64,000 nucleotides of DNA, taken from Vicugna vicugna (lineage: Eukaryota). Location of the stretch: contig MU058451.1 in the NCBI GenBank assembly GCA_013265495.1, positions 1,650,167-1,714,166 of the forward strand, in the 5' to 3' direction. Both the position numbers and the translations under genes were made by a program. Below the pieces are notes generated by a model, which saw nothing but the letters and a program-made list of their open reading frames with translations, did not search any database and had not been told where the DNA came from. Below, one piece after another: positions 25,491 through 38,400 of the stretch (position 1 is its first letter; every line of letters starts with the position of its first letter).

Positions 25491-26394
25491 CATTCCTTTA
25501 GTAATAGTTATTTACTTATTCAGTACGTGATTCACCCAGCCAGCCTTCATTCAACAAGAACAGGCAAGGTGATAAGAGTTAGTGGTTAGACACCCAGAGT
25601 CCTGCCCTCAGTGACATTTCAGCTCCTTGGAGAGAGAAGGGCTCAAATGAGAAAACAGGTGCAAAAAATAAATGAGTGGTAAAATATACATGGTATAGGA
25701 AATAGTTCTGCAAATATTTGATATCATTAATAGTACCACTACTGATAAGAATTTGGTACAAACAGGCCTTCTTACATATGGCAAGTAGGAGTCAAAATTG
25801 TTACCATTTCCTTTTTTTAGACCAAAATTCTCATTTATTAGTCTACCGTGAGAAATAGAACTGTCAAGATGTCCAGACATTGTTCTGACTTAATACAACC
25901 TTCCTTTTAGGCCTTGGATTGCCAGGACTGTTACCACATTTTTGGACAGAAATTGTCGACATATTTTAAGAATGCCAATGCATGAACTCTAAATCCTTAC
26001 TCTTTGATCCAGTTCTTATTTTTCTAGGCACCTAGTTGAAAGGAAGGATTTTGTGTCCAGAAAAAAATTCACAGACAAAGATTTTCGTAACACCAGCAGT
26101 GATCATTATAACACAAAAGATTGGAAGAAACCTAAATGGCCAGAATGTAGAGAAATTATGGTTCCTCATCTTGATGAAATATTATACAGCCAGGAAAGAT
26201 AATTTTCATGAATATTATTCTATTGAACAAATATTTGAAACCTAAAATCATATATATACTAAAATAAAAACTGTTTAATAAGTTAACTATGCCCAAAATG
26301 ATTCCTGAAAGTTTCAGCAGAAGTGATGTTTGGATATAGCAATTGTCATAATGTTAGTGTTCTTAATAATTCACTTAATGCATAACTGTAAGAG

Positions 26395-26704
26395 GCTTAT
26401 ACCTCCCTGTCCCCTGAGTTCTGGGGTTAGCCACATGACTTGCTTTGACCAGTGGACTGTGACTAGACAAGCATGCTCTCTGTCCCAGGAGAAGCTTTCT
26501 TGCAATTGCATGATTGGAGTCAGCCTCTTGCTCCTCTGCCCTCTGCTGTGAGAGCAGCACATCCTGAATAGGGACCACTCCTCCAGATCTCAAAATGAGA
26601 AGGCACAGATCACCCTGCAGACCCCCTATAATTGAGAAATGAATATGTTACCACGAGTCTCTGGAGTTTTAGAATTGTTTCGTCAGCAAAGGCTGACTAA
26701 TACA
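26395..26704 (+). mobile_element. MaLR LTR (MLT1I/J-like)
   Basis: ggttagccacatgacttgctttgaccagtgg; ends gcaaaggctgactaataca. Confidence 0.7.
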
Positions 26705-27499
26705 GAAACTTGGTGTGTTTCTTTTTTAGAATACTGTATTTTCAGAAATTTCTTAGTAAGCATTTAATGATTTTCAAAGTTTCAAATATAAACAAGAACC
26801 ACTGCCTGAAACCTAAGAACAGCCTGGGAGGGAAATGAAAGTCGTTATTTTCAAACAAGATGGAGGATCACATCTGGGTACCATGGGAAATTATCATGAT
26901 TTGTCCTGAGGATTAAAAAAAATTTGTTAAATTCAGTAACTTTTTTTCACTCTTAAGCTGAGTTTACTTTTTATTTTTCTTATGGAAAATGAAGAGGAAT
27001 GTTATTTGGGACAGAGAAACTGGAACAACTAATGAAGACCCAGATTCAGGAACAATACATATCCTTCTAAAGCGTTATTTCCCTTCCTAGCTCATCCTCA
27101 TTATCTCGGAATAATAGGAATCAGCTGCCACTATTACACTAGGAATGAGTGCAGTGGCTTTGCCTGTTGGCAGGGGTGACAGCAAAGGACCCCTAATATT
27201 TAAAGTCCAGAATGAGCCCTTAATAAATGGCAACAAATAATACTCAAAATATTCATTGGAGACAACATTTTTCTTGCTCCAGAAATGAAAACAAGAATCT
27301 GTCTATAAACTCACTACTGCCAGTTGCATATCTAAAATGGTGCATAGGAGAGTCTATCCTAGGGGAAATAAAGAGATTTCCTTTGATAAAGGACAATCCA
27401 AGAGTCATACTTTGGCACTGGCTCCAGAAAAGACAATGAGAAGCAGAGCAGGAACTCCCTGGCAAGCAAAAAAAATGTACAGTTTATCACAGATTGATA

Positions 27500-28210
27500 C
27501 TATGTATGTATTTCTCCAACAAAATGTTATTGAGCATCTGCTGAATCTCATGAATTCTATGAAGTACCAAGTGAAGAATATGGACATAGCTTCTGTTTTT
27601 CCAGACCCTTCAGAGACTGATATGACCCTAGCCTTCATCGACCATATAATCCAGTGGGAAAAAAACATTAATTAGGGGAAAAAAAGTTACTTTGGGAGAG
27701 CAGAGCAGGAGCAACTTAGCTAGAGTAAGAGGGAATCAGGGAAGACTTCTTAGAGGAAATAGAACTAAGCTTATTTTTAAAGGATCCGTAGGAGTGATGC
27801 AGGGCAGTAGGAGGATGGGGACCCTGTGGTGGAGAATGGTCCGGGAACAAGGAACAGGATGTCCAAAAGAGAGACAGAACCTGTACATCAGAGAAGGCTA
27901 GGCAGGGTCAGTGTGAATGAATGAGGGATGGTCAGGAGAGGAGGCTGGAGCCATCACTCAGGGGCTTCACTCATGTAAATTTACTGGGATTTTATAGCAA
28001 AAAGAACAGGATGCCAGTAAAAAGAATTTCAGGCAGAAACATAATGTCAGGTTTGTATCTCAGTGAGATCATCTCGATTAATACGGGCCATCACAATAGA
28101 GTCCAGAAAAGCGATGATGTATCCAGAAGTAGAGCAAGGGCAGGGAAGATGACAAATAGTTGGGTTCAAGACATATATCTAGGGGGCAGAATCAATTGGA
28201 ATTATTGAAG
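27500..28210 (-). mobile_element. LINE-2 3' portion
   Basis: caacaaaatgttattgagcatctgct...gggaatcagggaagacttcttagagga. Confidence 0.65.
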
Positions 28211-29209
28211 TCAACCAGCTCCCTCCTCTGGCTTTGTCATCACACCCCCCCATTATCACGTTAGGTTGCCCTCGCCCAGCTGAATATGGTATCTAGACAG
28301 CTAGACTTCTTATTACCTGTGAATAAGTTATATTTCTAGTTAGACATCTCTGATTCTTGGGTGCTTATTGAGAAAGAAATTAAATCAGGATTCCCAAGTC
28401 TGATAAACTCTAGGACTCGAAAAAGATTTTCTGCCTCTTCAAGACCAAGGGCTGGTCCTCATGTAGTAAATTCACCAAAGTCACGTCATCCTGTGAATCC
28501 TCTTGGTAGGGGCCCTGCCACCCACACTTACGTCAGGTACCACCCTTGAACTTCAGTCTCACGGAGGCCTGGAGCCATGATTAGCGCTGGCTGCATGTGG
28601 TTCAGGGAGCAAGAGCAGCACTTGTCGGTAAAGCAGCTCGATGTCAGGGAAACCTTCGTCAGGGTAGACCAACGATGAATCGGAGTTCCCTAACATCTTT
28701 AGTACTTCCAGTAATCATTAATTCATTGTTCAAGACTTACTTTTAATCATGTGCTCTTACCTGTATTTCCTCATGATTGGCCTAGTGTCTCAAAATATAA
28801 ATCCATCTAAATAGTAGCTCCCATTGCACTCTTCATGCATTAGGAATATTTCTTTCAAGCTGTTTTCATCATTTTCAGTTACATATTTGTAAAATAATTT
28901 TCTTTAATATTCATTTGTTCCACTAGGCTTGTTTTGCTCACTACCATATTCTCAGTGTCCAGTATCTGGTAAGCACTCAAGAAGTATTTGTTAGTTGGTT
29001 GTGTGATTGATTTCATGGGTTAGAAAGTTAGATTACATGACTTTAGAAGTCTGTGGTTTTATGAGAGGCCATATTTCCTGCAGATAAGGATTTCCGTGCC
29101 ATCTAGACGATCCTGATTGATTTCACTCTGCTTCTGCACAGTGAGCAGTGCCCTGTGAATAAAGTTAAACCTCTGAAAAGCTGAATAGTTTTCTGCAGAT
29201 CACATCGTG

Positions 29210-29418
29210 GTGGTTCGTGAACTCTGGGACTGGACTAGCTCCATGGCTCGTTAAATGTGCAAGCCAACACGAGTCACCTAAAGTCTCTGCATGCCGGGTT
29301 TCTCATCATAAATTGGGGATCATTGAAGTACCTGCCTTATGGGATTGTTTCGGGATTTAAAGTCCTTAGGAGAGTGTCTGGCATATGGGAAGTGCTATGT
29401 GTGTGTGAGTTATTATTA
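29210..29418 (+). mobile_element. MIR SINE
   Basis: gagtcacctaaagtctctgcatgccgggtttctcatcataaattggggat...gtgtctggcatatgggaagtgct. Confidence 0.75.
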
Positions 29419-29775
29419 CACAATTGAAGACGATCCAGTCTTTTGATTCCTAGGAGCATGAGTCCAGCTTTCCATTCAACACATTTACTTGATACTCTCC
29501 AAGACCTAGCTATGAGTCTAGGCCTTGAGGATGTGAAAACAATTTAGACAGGTCTTGCTCTTGAAGAACATGAGGTCCAAGAAGGACAAATAAGCCAGAG
29601 GACAGATATCACCGTGAGATTATGACAAGTATTGCTGCTGAATTAAAAATCCAAGTGTTCCAGGAGTATAGATGGCAAAGTAGCCAATCCTGCTTGAGGC
29701 TAGAGGAGGGACTATACTTAATGGCAAAGTGGCCATCTCAGTTGGGTCATGAAGGATGAATATGAGTTAGTAGGT

Positions 29776-30288
29776 GTGGCAGACCCACATTTATGACACC
29801 CCCTCTTCTCTGAAGATAGGAAATTACTTTTTCAAGAACCTTGCTGAAACCCCTGATCTTAAGGCAAATAGGTCTCTACCCTAGTCCCATGGATCTATCA
29901 AGATTGATTTAAACCAGTCCTGGTACTATTTGTCCTCTTAGCCATCAATTGGTTCAGTCTGTCAACCTAGGTGTATGAAAAGGCGACCCTTCTTGAATTA
30001 AGCAGACAAAGCCTCACGATTAGAAGACCACCGTTCCCTTTTCCCTTCCTCCGTCTGTCTGGTATGCAGATGCAGTGCCTAGAAGGAGGCAGAGCAGAGG
30101 CCAGTGGGCCTCAGAGGGGGGAGCAGGGAGGTGGAAGGAGCCCATGTCCCTGACACTGTGAGTAAATCACCAGGGCATCCCGGAACTCCTGTCTTTAGTC
30201 TTGCTGAGGGAGAAAAATACATCTCAATTTGGTTAAACCACGGTGGTCAAGTTTTCTGTAACTTAACAGCTGAAAGCATTCCTGACAC
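29776..30288 (+). mobile_element. Old MaLR LTR (MLT1K-like) inserted in a minus-strand L2 (L2 at ~29470-29775 and ~30300-30660)
   Basis: tgtggcagac start; ttttctgtaacttaacagctgaaagcattcctgacaca end; L2 antisense sequence on both sides. Confidence 0.55.
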
Positions 30289-30749
30289 AAAGAAGCAAAA
30301 GCGGCAATGTATTCCAAGCGCAGCAGTGTCTGTGCGGAGGGTCAGTTTGCCCACAGATGGGTCAGAAGCTAAGAATGGCAGGATCATGAAAGAAAGAGAG
30401 AGAAAAAGAGATGGGGGCCACAGCAGGAAATGAGGCTAGAAGTGAAAGACCATGAATGCTGTAGATTTAGATTTGGATTTGTATCTTCTTGGTAATTGCA
30501 AACCAACAGAGAAATCGAGGCAGTTATGTGATACGCTCAATGCTGCTTATTTAGGAAAACAGCCCAGGCAGTTGTGTCCAGTGCACTGGAAGCCAGTTCA
30601 GGGGTGCAGTAGTTTAAGAAAGAGGGTGAACCAAAACATCAACGTGGGATGAAGAATAAGGGTCAGCCAGAAGGACCCTTCCTGAGGTCCTATTTCTGGG
30701 GCCAGCGGACTTCCTTACTTGGCAGTAGTTCAGAAGCGGAGAAATGTAT

Positions 30750-31150
30750 AGGAGAATTGAGAAGTGAATTTAGCCTCTGGAGTCTGACTGCTGGTTTGAA
30801 TCACAGCTCCCTCATTTGGCACCTGTGTGAGCCTCCTCACCACCCTCAGCCTCGCAAACCACAGTGTTCTCACCTGCACAGTGTGCTCAGTAATTCAGTT
30901 GTTTTGGTTTATTTAACAGACGGTGATATATGCCCACTGACTTTATGCCAGGAAGTTCCTAAGTGCTTTACAAATATTGCTAAATTTAATCTTCATAAGA
31001 AACCTGTGAGATAAGTACTTTTACTATCCCTGTTTTATAGTGTTGCCTTGTTTATTCGATTGCTGTGGGAATCAATTGAAAACAATGCTTGTAAAATGCT
31101 TAACACAGTGTCTGACACGCTGAGAGCCCTCAATAAGCACTAGCTTTTGC
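30750..31150. mobile_element. Nested MIRs in opposite orientations
   Basis: ctctggagtctgactgctggtttgaatcacagctc; atgccaggaagttcctaagtgctttaca...tttaatcttcataagaaacctgtgagataag; gcttaacacagtgtctgacac. Confidence 0.7.
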
Positions 31151-31309
31151 TACTGCCTCTTTTTTTTTCTATTCAAATTGTTACCATGGATTTTTTTTAA
31201 ATTTCTTACCCTTTGAGTGATAAATAGTGGTACAGAAACATCACGTTTCTTTCCTTACTTTTCCCTCTGTCTGTCTGTCTGTCTGTCTGTTTCTCTCTCT
31301 GAGATGGGA

Positions 31310-33710
31310 TGATCGGGTTTATTGCAATGTAAGTGATGTACAGTAAGTTTCAGCCTTTAAATGACTGATGAGTTTAAACAAATATGTATAGGTGTGTTCC
31401 CCTCACCACTTTGGAATGCTTTGTCACCCATTTTCAATACCCCAAAAAATTCTCTCTTGCTCTTTTGCAAATCAGTACTTTTCCCCCAATCCCAGCCCCA
31501 GCAGCCAGCGATCTGAATTCTTTCCCATTTTTATTTTTTTCTTTCACAAAATGTTGTATAAATGGAATCATATAGTGTGAATTATTTTGTTATGACTTTT
31601 TTCACTTCGTAGAATGCTCTTGAGGTGTTGTTGCATTATCTGCAGTTCATTCCTTTTTATGGCTAGTGCTGTAACATGTAAATACACAAGTGCTTTATCA
31701 AATAAATCATTTTCAAATATTTTCTTCCAATTTGTGGCTAATGTTACCTTCTCTTCAGAATGTTTTGCAAAGAGCAGCAATTTTAAATGTTGATAGTTTG
31801 TAGTTTCTGTAACTTAAGTCTTTGTAACTCTGGTTCACAGAGAATGCAAACCCTTGCCTTGTTCCTTATCTGACAGAAGCATCCAGATTTCGACCATTAA
31901 GTCTGAGGCTATCTGTCAGTTTTCATGAGTGATCTTTATTGGATTCTAGAAATTTCCTGCTTTGTCTGTTTCAGTGAGAACTTTTTACAATGAACGAGTG
32001 TTGAATCTTGTCAAATTATTTTTTTGCATCTACTGGGCTGAGCACGTGGTTTTGCTTTTATAGTCGGTTAAAATGGTGAATTAGATTGATGTGGGGGCGT
32101 TGAAACAACCTCCCATTCCTTGGATAAACCCCAGTTGTTCACGAGGCACTGCCCTTTTTATATTTAGCAGGATTCAGTCTGCTGGCATTTTGTGAAGGCT
32201 TTTTTTTTTTCATCTGTGTTCTATTTTCTGGAAGAGTTTGTGTAGCGCATGTATTATTTCTCCCTGAAGCATCGGGTGTAATTCACCAGCGAAGCCATCT
32301 GGCCTGTGGTCTTTATGGGAAGGCTTTTAACTTCCCATAGATGTAATGCTATTCAGGTTATCTGTTACTTCTTGAGTGAGCTTTGGGAGTTTGTGTCTTT
32401 CCAGGAATTTGCCATTTCATGTAAGTTATCAGATGTATTGGCATGAAGTTTTTCATAATATTTATTTGCTGTCCTGTGATGCATATAGAATCTGTAGTGA
32501 TGGTTCCTCTTTGTTCCTAATCTAGTGATTTGTTCTGCTCCCTCTCCTTAATCAGTCTGACTAAACATTTATTAAATTAGTTTTTCTTTTTTTCATTGAT
32601 TTTTTTCGCTCTAACATCATTTTCTTCCTTCTTGCTTTATGTTTAATTTTATCTTATTTTTCCAGTTTTCAAGGTAAACACTTAAGCATTAAGACCTTTC
32701 TTATTTTCTAAGATAAACATTTGATGCCATAAATTTCCCTCTAAGCACCGCTTTAGTAGCATCTCACAAGTTTGATATGATCTGTTTCATTTTCATTCAA
32801 TTCAACTAATTTCTAATTACCTGTGGGTTTCTTCTTTGATCCTTGGGTTATTAGAAGTGTGTTTAATTTCAGATATTTTGGAATTTTTTCCTAATATAAT
32901 TTCATTATGGTCAGCAATTTTTTTTTTATGAATTCAGTCATTTTAACTTGCTGAGATTTGTTTCATGATCCAGAAATTTGGTAAATGTTCCATGTGCATT
33001 TTAAAGAATATGTCTTTCTCTGTTGAGGGTTCAAGTAGCCTATAAATGACAAATATAGTTTACTGAGAATGATGTCCAGATTTTCCACATATTTGTGATT
33101 TTTTAACCTCTTTTTCCATCATTTTCTTAGAGATCGGTTGTGAAGTCACCAAGCTAATTGTTGATTTCTCTGTTTCTCTTTTCATTATTAGTTTTTGTTT
33201 TATGCCTTTTGAAGCTCTGTTACTAGGTACAAACACATTAAGATTGTTATGTCTTCTTGATGAATTGACAAATTGTAGTGTCTCTTTTCATCCTAGCTAT
33301 ATATATCCTGTGTTCTGAAGTCTAATTTGTCTCATTAATATATTTACTCCAGCTTTCTCGTGACTAGCTTTTCCATGCTATGTACATCTTCTTTCTTTTC
33401 TCATCTACATCTATATATTTAAATTGGGTTTCCCTGTAGGCAGCATATAATTGAGGCTTGCATTTTGATTCAATTTGATCTCTTTGTCTTTTAATCAGAA
33501 TGTTCAGGCCATTGAAATTTAGTGTAATGATTAATATAATTGGATTTAAATCCACCCTCTTCACAGTTGTTTTCTGTTTATTCTTTGTTCCTTTTTCCCT
33601 TTGTTTCCTGCCTTCTTTTGCACTGACTGAGCATTTCTTAGGCCATATCATCTTTACTTATTAGTTATGGCTTTTAGTTAAACTTTGTTTTTTTTGGTAG
33701 TGGCTTTAGG
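31310..33710 (-). mobile_element. Old, internally deleted LINE-1 (L1M) including the start of the ORF2 endonuclease
   Basis: ORF 33364-33651 contains DLNPIILIITLNFNGLNILIKRQR, the L1 ORF2 N-terminal motif; L1 3' UTR-like sequence at 31310-31660. Confidence 0.85.
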
Positions 33711-33711
33711 A

Positions 33712-33912
33712 CAAGGATTCTCAAATAGAGGCAGTTGTTCCCTCCAGGGGATATATGTCAATGTCTGGAGGCATTTTCGATTTTCACGACTCAATGGAGG
33801 TGTTGCTGGTGTCTAGTTGGTAGAGGCCAAGTGTTCTGCTAAGCCCCCTATAATACACAAGGCAGCCCCCACGACAAAAACTTACAAATATCATATCGCC
33901 AATGTCGATGTT
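33712..33912 (+). mobile_element. MER20 DNA transposon
   Basis: caaggattctcaaa...caatgtctggaggcattttcgattttcacgact...ctagttggtagaggccaag. Confidence 0.8.
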
Positions 33913-33949
33913 TGTCTGGAGGCTCCATGTGACTTCCCACTTCTCTCCC

Positions 33950-34820
33950 TGCTTTCACACAGCCCCACAGCCCTCTCTCACAGCTGACAATTTCCTCTCA
34001 CACTTCACTGAGCAAAGAGAAACCATCAGACACAGACTCCCTCCCTTCCTTCCACCAGAGCCGCCCAACTCACAGTCTGCATCCTTCCCAGGGGATGTTC
34101 TTCTCCCATCAAGCCCTGCCCCCCCCCACAACTACTCAGGATCCCATCTCTCTTCACCATCAGTTACACTCTCACACTCATGTATCATCCATCAGTTTCT
34201 TTCTATAGGATCATTCCCATCAGCCTACCTATACACTCTAATATCTCCCTTCTAAAATCAAACCAGCAAAGCTCTGTGGACCCTCCTCCTTCCTCCAGCA
34301 ACTGTTACATTTCCTGTCCCCCCTCAACCAAATGTGTCTTAAGAGGTGTCTATACCTGGTCTCTCCTTAACCCCACCTGCCATTTATTCTCTATGGAATG
34401 GTTCCCCACCAACTCTCCCACCTTCAGTTTCACCCTATATGTCTCTTAAGCCATCCCCGAGCACCCTGTCAAAAATAGGTCATCCACTCTTAGTTTCTTT
34501 CTCAAACTATTGATTAATTCGTTCAGACCACTTATTTCTTCCTTCCTTCCTTCATTCCTTCCTTCCTTCCTTCCTTTCCTTTCTTTCTTCTTTTTGTGGT
34601 AGGCTAACTGTTTGCTCCCTCACCAGGGATATAATATAATATAACAGGTTGTATTATGGGGTTTAATAATTATAGGAGGTAATGCAGTGTAACATAGTGA
34701 CTGTAAACTCCATGCAGACAGGAACTGTGTCCAGCTTGCCCACCACTGGCTTGTATTATCTATGAACAGCACAGAGCCTGGCATATGATAAAGGCTCAAG
34801 ATATTCCAGGATGACTGACT
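33950..34820 (+). mobile_element. LINE-2 fragments with (TTCC)n tract at ~34537-34590
   Basis: ctcacacttcactgagcaaagagaaaccatcaga; ctataggatcattcccatcagc; tgtaaactccatgcagacaggaactgtgtc...cacagagcctggcatatg. Confidence 0.65.
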
Positions 34821-35042
34821 ACAGAAATAAACAAATTAACGGAACAGCATCATTGAAAACAGGGTATTAGTTGTGATGTTTAAGATACACTCATTGGAAT
34901 GTGGCATGGCTATTTTTTAAAATTCATTTTATTATTCACTGTTTTGATTGAACTTGAAAATTTTTATTATATTGCTGGAATTATAAAGTTGTTCCCATTA
35001 CATATTTTTTGTAGATCATTCAAAGATGAATATATATATAAA

Positions 35043-35205
35043 TTTTTTTTATTGAAGTACAGTCAGTTACAGTGTGTCAGTTTCTGGTGTCCAGCACAAT
35101 GTCTCAGTCATGCATACACATACATATATTCGTTTTCATATTCTTCTTCATTAAAGGTTATTACAAGTTACTGAACATAGTTTCCTGTGCTATACAGAAG
35201 AAACT
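35043..35205 (-). mobile_element. Young LINE-1 3' terminal stub (camelid-like L1 3' UTR)
   Basis: ttttttttattgaagtacagtcagttacagtgtgtcagtttctggtgtccagcacaatg...gaacatagtttcctgtgctatacagaagaaact. Confidence 0.8.
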
Positions 35206-36307
35206 TTAACACAATATTTAAATCAACTGTAATTCAATAAAATTGTTCACAGTTACCGGCTCAGTTTCAAATTCAATCTTTCATTTAGCCTTAACATATC
35301 CCAGTGGTGGCCTTTTTCTCCTTAGACCTTATCAAAGCTTTGATATTGAAACTGTCCTTAGAAATGGAGGTTTGCATTCACAACTATGTGAGGTTAAACA
35401 GAGCATTTCAAAAGGAGAAGAAATTTTACAAAACGCTAAAATCACCCAGTGCTTCCTCTGCTAGATGAATCAGGAAACAAGAATTCTGCTTCAAGCTTTC
35501 CACTGAGCATGCTGTGGATTTCAGGTTCCCAAAGCAGGCAAACCAATGATGGCACAAATTCCTCTGAAAACACTTGTTCAGCCATCTCATAAGATTTCAA
35601 CTGGTTTCAGCTTCATTATCTAAAAGATGTCTAGAAAATTGGGTTCTAGTTATTTTAACAGCTTTGCAGACAGAGAGACAAAATCAACAAGTTGAAGGGG
35701 AAATTTTAAGAGCAAAGACACCTCTTGTTTTTATATTTCAATGCTTTTATTTGAAATGCTCTCCCATCCCAATAGAACTCAGTTAATTACTAATTTCTTC
35801 TAGCACCAGAATTTTTGAGCAGTGAACTGGGGCAGTGTTACCGTTTGATTAGTGGTTTCCAAGAAACCAGTTACCAAAAGGGCAATGTTGTTCATTATTT
35901 TAGGAGGAAAATGTACCCTTGTTCTGATTTATTGTGTATATTTTAACTGGGCTTAGTTTTATCTTGCCATTCCAGTGATCTTTGGCTTTGAGAAATATTT
36001 TGAATTTTGGGGGTCAAAATAGCATATTGTGACTGATTGAAATGTAACAACGTATGTCAAAGGGATGCTTTCTTATTTCTTCTTCTCCAAAGAACCTTAG
36101 AAAAATCTGAAAAATGTTGGAACTAGTGCTTTCAGCAATGTGAGAGTCCTATAAGAAGAGGTCTTTGGATTATTTTTAAAAGAACTTTTAAAAGTAATGG
36201 CTGACTTCCTCAAAGAGAAACGTCTCCCCTTGTAATAATTATGGAAGCGTTAACCATCCAATTCTAATGTGGCTTTTCCCCCTAGAACTCGTTAATGTGC
36301 TTGAGAT

Positions 36308-36867
36308 TGTCAGGGAGGAAGAAATCTTCCTCTGACCTTCTAGGTTCTTCTGGCTGCTCTGAGAATTAAATTGCCAAGAGACAGATTAACAGGAGGAAAT
36401 TCAACAAAAGTTTAATAACACGTATACGTGGGAGAGCCCCAGGAAAACTGAGTAACTCCCTCAAACAGAGCCAAGTCTTCATTTTGAAAACCCTGTTCAG
36501 CTAAAGACAAAGAGGATGTTGGAGGTGGTGGTTGGGACTTCAAAGGGGAGGAAGGCAATTCACATGGAGATGGAAAAGAAAAGATATGAGAAACAAATGC
36601 TTGCTGGGCTGTGCAGAGATCATGGGACACACTGTGGACTCTGGTCTCCAGGCCCTGCTAGTTGCTCCCACCACACTTCAGCCCAGATCCTTTGCAGATA
36701 CCTCTGGTGATAGCTCTGTTTTAGGAATAGGTCCTCTATTTAAGTTCTTTTAGGCAGATATGGGAGGGTCTAAGTTTCTTCCTGAGTCCTTTGGGCCTTG
36801 ATTGTTTTCAGCTCAAAATAATCTGCTTGTCAAAGAGACACATTTTGGCAAATTTTGTTCCCCTATA
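36308..36867 (-). mobile_element. Solo ERV1-class LTR (MER41-like laurasiatherian family)
   Basis: tgtcagggagg...attaaattgccaagagacagattaacaggagg...gttttcagctcaaaataatc...aaattttgttccccta. Confidence 0.7.
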
Positions 36868-37036
36868 ATGTGCATGTGACAAATCACTGGATTTGCTACC
36901 CTTTGGAGATAGTCGTTTTCAAACACAGTGAAAATAATCAAGAGAGGCATGAATGTCAAGGTGCCCTTTCTATGATGATGGCCATTGTTCAATTATGTAA
37001 GAATTGACAATTTCAAAAGTATTTTTTGCACAGTAC

Positions 37037-37065
37037 TTTAGTATATGTGCTGCCGAAGTGAGCGC
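37037..37065 (-). pseudogene. RNU6: 3'-truncated (tailless) U6 snRNA retrocopy, U6 nt 1-29
   Basis: Reverse complement GCGCTCACTTCGGCAGCACATATACTAAA matches the U6 5' end GTGCTCGCTTCGGCAGCACATATACTAAA at 27/29; 16-bp direct repeats at 37024-37039 and 37066-37081. Confidence 0.9.
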
Positions 37066-37315
37066 TTTTAGACAGTACTTTCACACGTTATTTCAGTACT
37101 ATAGTTAAAGTTTCTGATGTAGAAGAAATACAATTTTGTGTTTATGTCTAGTGCTAACAAAAACATGTGTGTGTTCTGTAAAGGTAATTGAATTTTGACT
37201 GCTTTATTTTAAATTCACCCTCTATTACTGATGTGAAAAATTCATATTAATGGAGTTAGTATTGGCTTACTTGCTCTGGAATCCTTGAAGTCCCATAATC
37301 TTTAAATAGGAAGAC

Positions 37316-38183
37316 CATGAAAGTTATCACAAATGGCAAGATTTAATTTTTTATGGCCTGTTTTCCATTGTATATATCTGTATCTATCTATCTATCTATC
37401 CATCTATCCATCCGTATCTATCTATCCATCTATCCATCCATCCATCTATATACCACATCTTCTTTATCTGTTCATCGATCAATGGGCATTTTACATTGCT
37501 TCCATATCTTGGCTATTGTAAATAATGCTGCAGTGAACTTAGGGGTGCATATATTGTTTTGAATGAGTGTTTTCATTTTTTTCAGGTATTGCATGAGTGG
37601 AATTTCTAGATCGTATGATAGTTCTATTTTTAATTTTTTGAGGAATCTCCATACTATGTTCTCTAGTGGCGACACCAGTTTGCATTCCCACCAACAGTGC
37701 ACCCTTTTCTTCACATCCTCACCAACACTTTGTTATTTGGTTTATTTTTGATAGTAGCCACTCTGACAGCTGTGAAGTGTTGCCTCATTGTGGTTTTGAT
37801 TTGCTTTTCTCTCTTGATTTGTGAGGCTGAGCATCTCTTCACGTGCCTGTGGGTCATCCATGCATCTTCGTTGGAAAAACATCTGTTCAGATCTTTTGCC
37901 CATTTTTTAATGAGGTTGTTCTGGGTTTTGGTTTTGGGGTTTTGTCTTTGTTTTTTGCTATTGAGTTGTATGAGTTCTCTTATATTTTGCATATTAACCC
38001 CTTACTGAGTGTATCATTTGCAAATACCTTCTCCAATTCACTAGGTAGCCTTTTTGTTTTGTTGAAAGTTTCCTTCCTTGTGCAAAAAGGTTTTAATTTG
38101 ATGTAGTCCCATTTGCTTATTTTTGCTTTTGTTTCCTTTGCCTGAGGAGACATATTCAAAAACACATTGCTAAGCCTGATGTC
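37316..38183 (-). mobile_element. LINE-1 ORF2 C-terminal fragment with internal (TATC/CATC)n microsatellite at ~37375-37450
   Basis: ORFs KISKWDYIKLKPFCTRKET, NLIKKWAKDLNR and HCWWECKLV...[14 protein letters not shown] are frameshifted L1 ORF2 remnants. Confidence 0.95.
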
Positions 38184-38264
38184 AAACATGGGCAGTATGG
38201 AACAGGGACTAACATAGGGTTTTAGGTCAAGTTCACTTCGAAAACAAACAAATGAACTTGTAGA

Positions 38265-38400
38265 AGAAGAAACCGGAGCCAGAACCACACGCCAGGCTGG
38301 TTCTGAATTCCTGACTCTCATAACTCTATGAGAAAATAAATATTTATTATTGTTTTAAGCTGCTAAGTTTGGGGTAATTTTTTACAGAGCAATAGTTATA
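38265..38400 (+). mobile_element. MaLR LTR 3' fragment (MLT1F/G-like)
   Basis: gaattcctgactctcataactctatgagaaaataaat...tgttttaagctgctaagtttggggtaattt. Confidence 0.7.

Noticed and set aside
28526..28765. Several minus-strand donor-like motifs (GAC|GTAAGT, AAA|GTAAGT, CAG|GTAAGA) near a CpG-containing open frame
   Set aside because: No matching acceptor with a pyrimidine tract; isolated donors are common by chance
37472..38321. Cluster of 60-113-aa ORFs with protein-like sequence
   Set aside because: Frameshifted LINE-1 ORF2 remnants and their antisense frames, not a host gene
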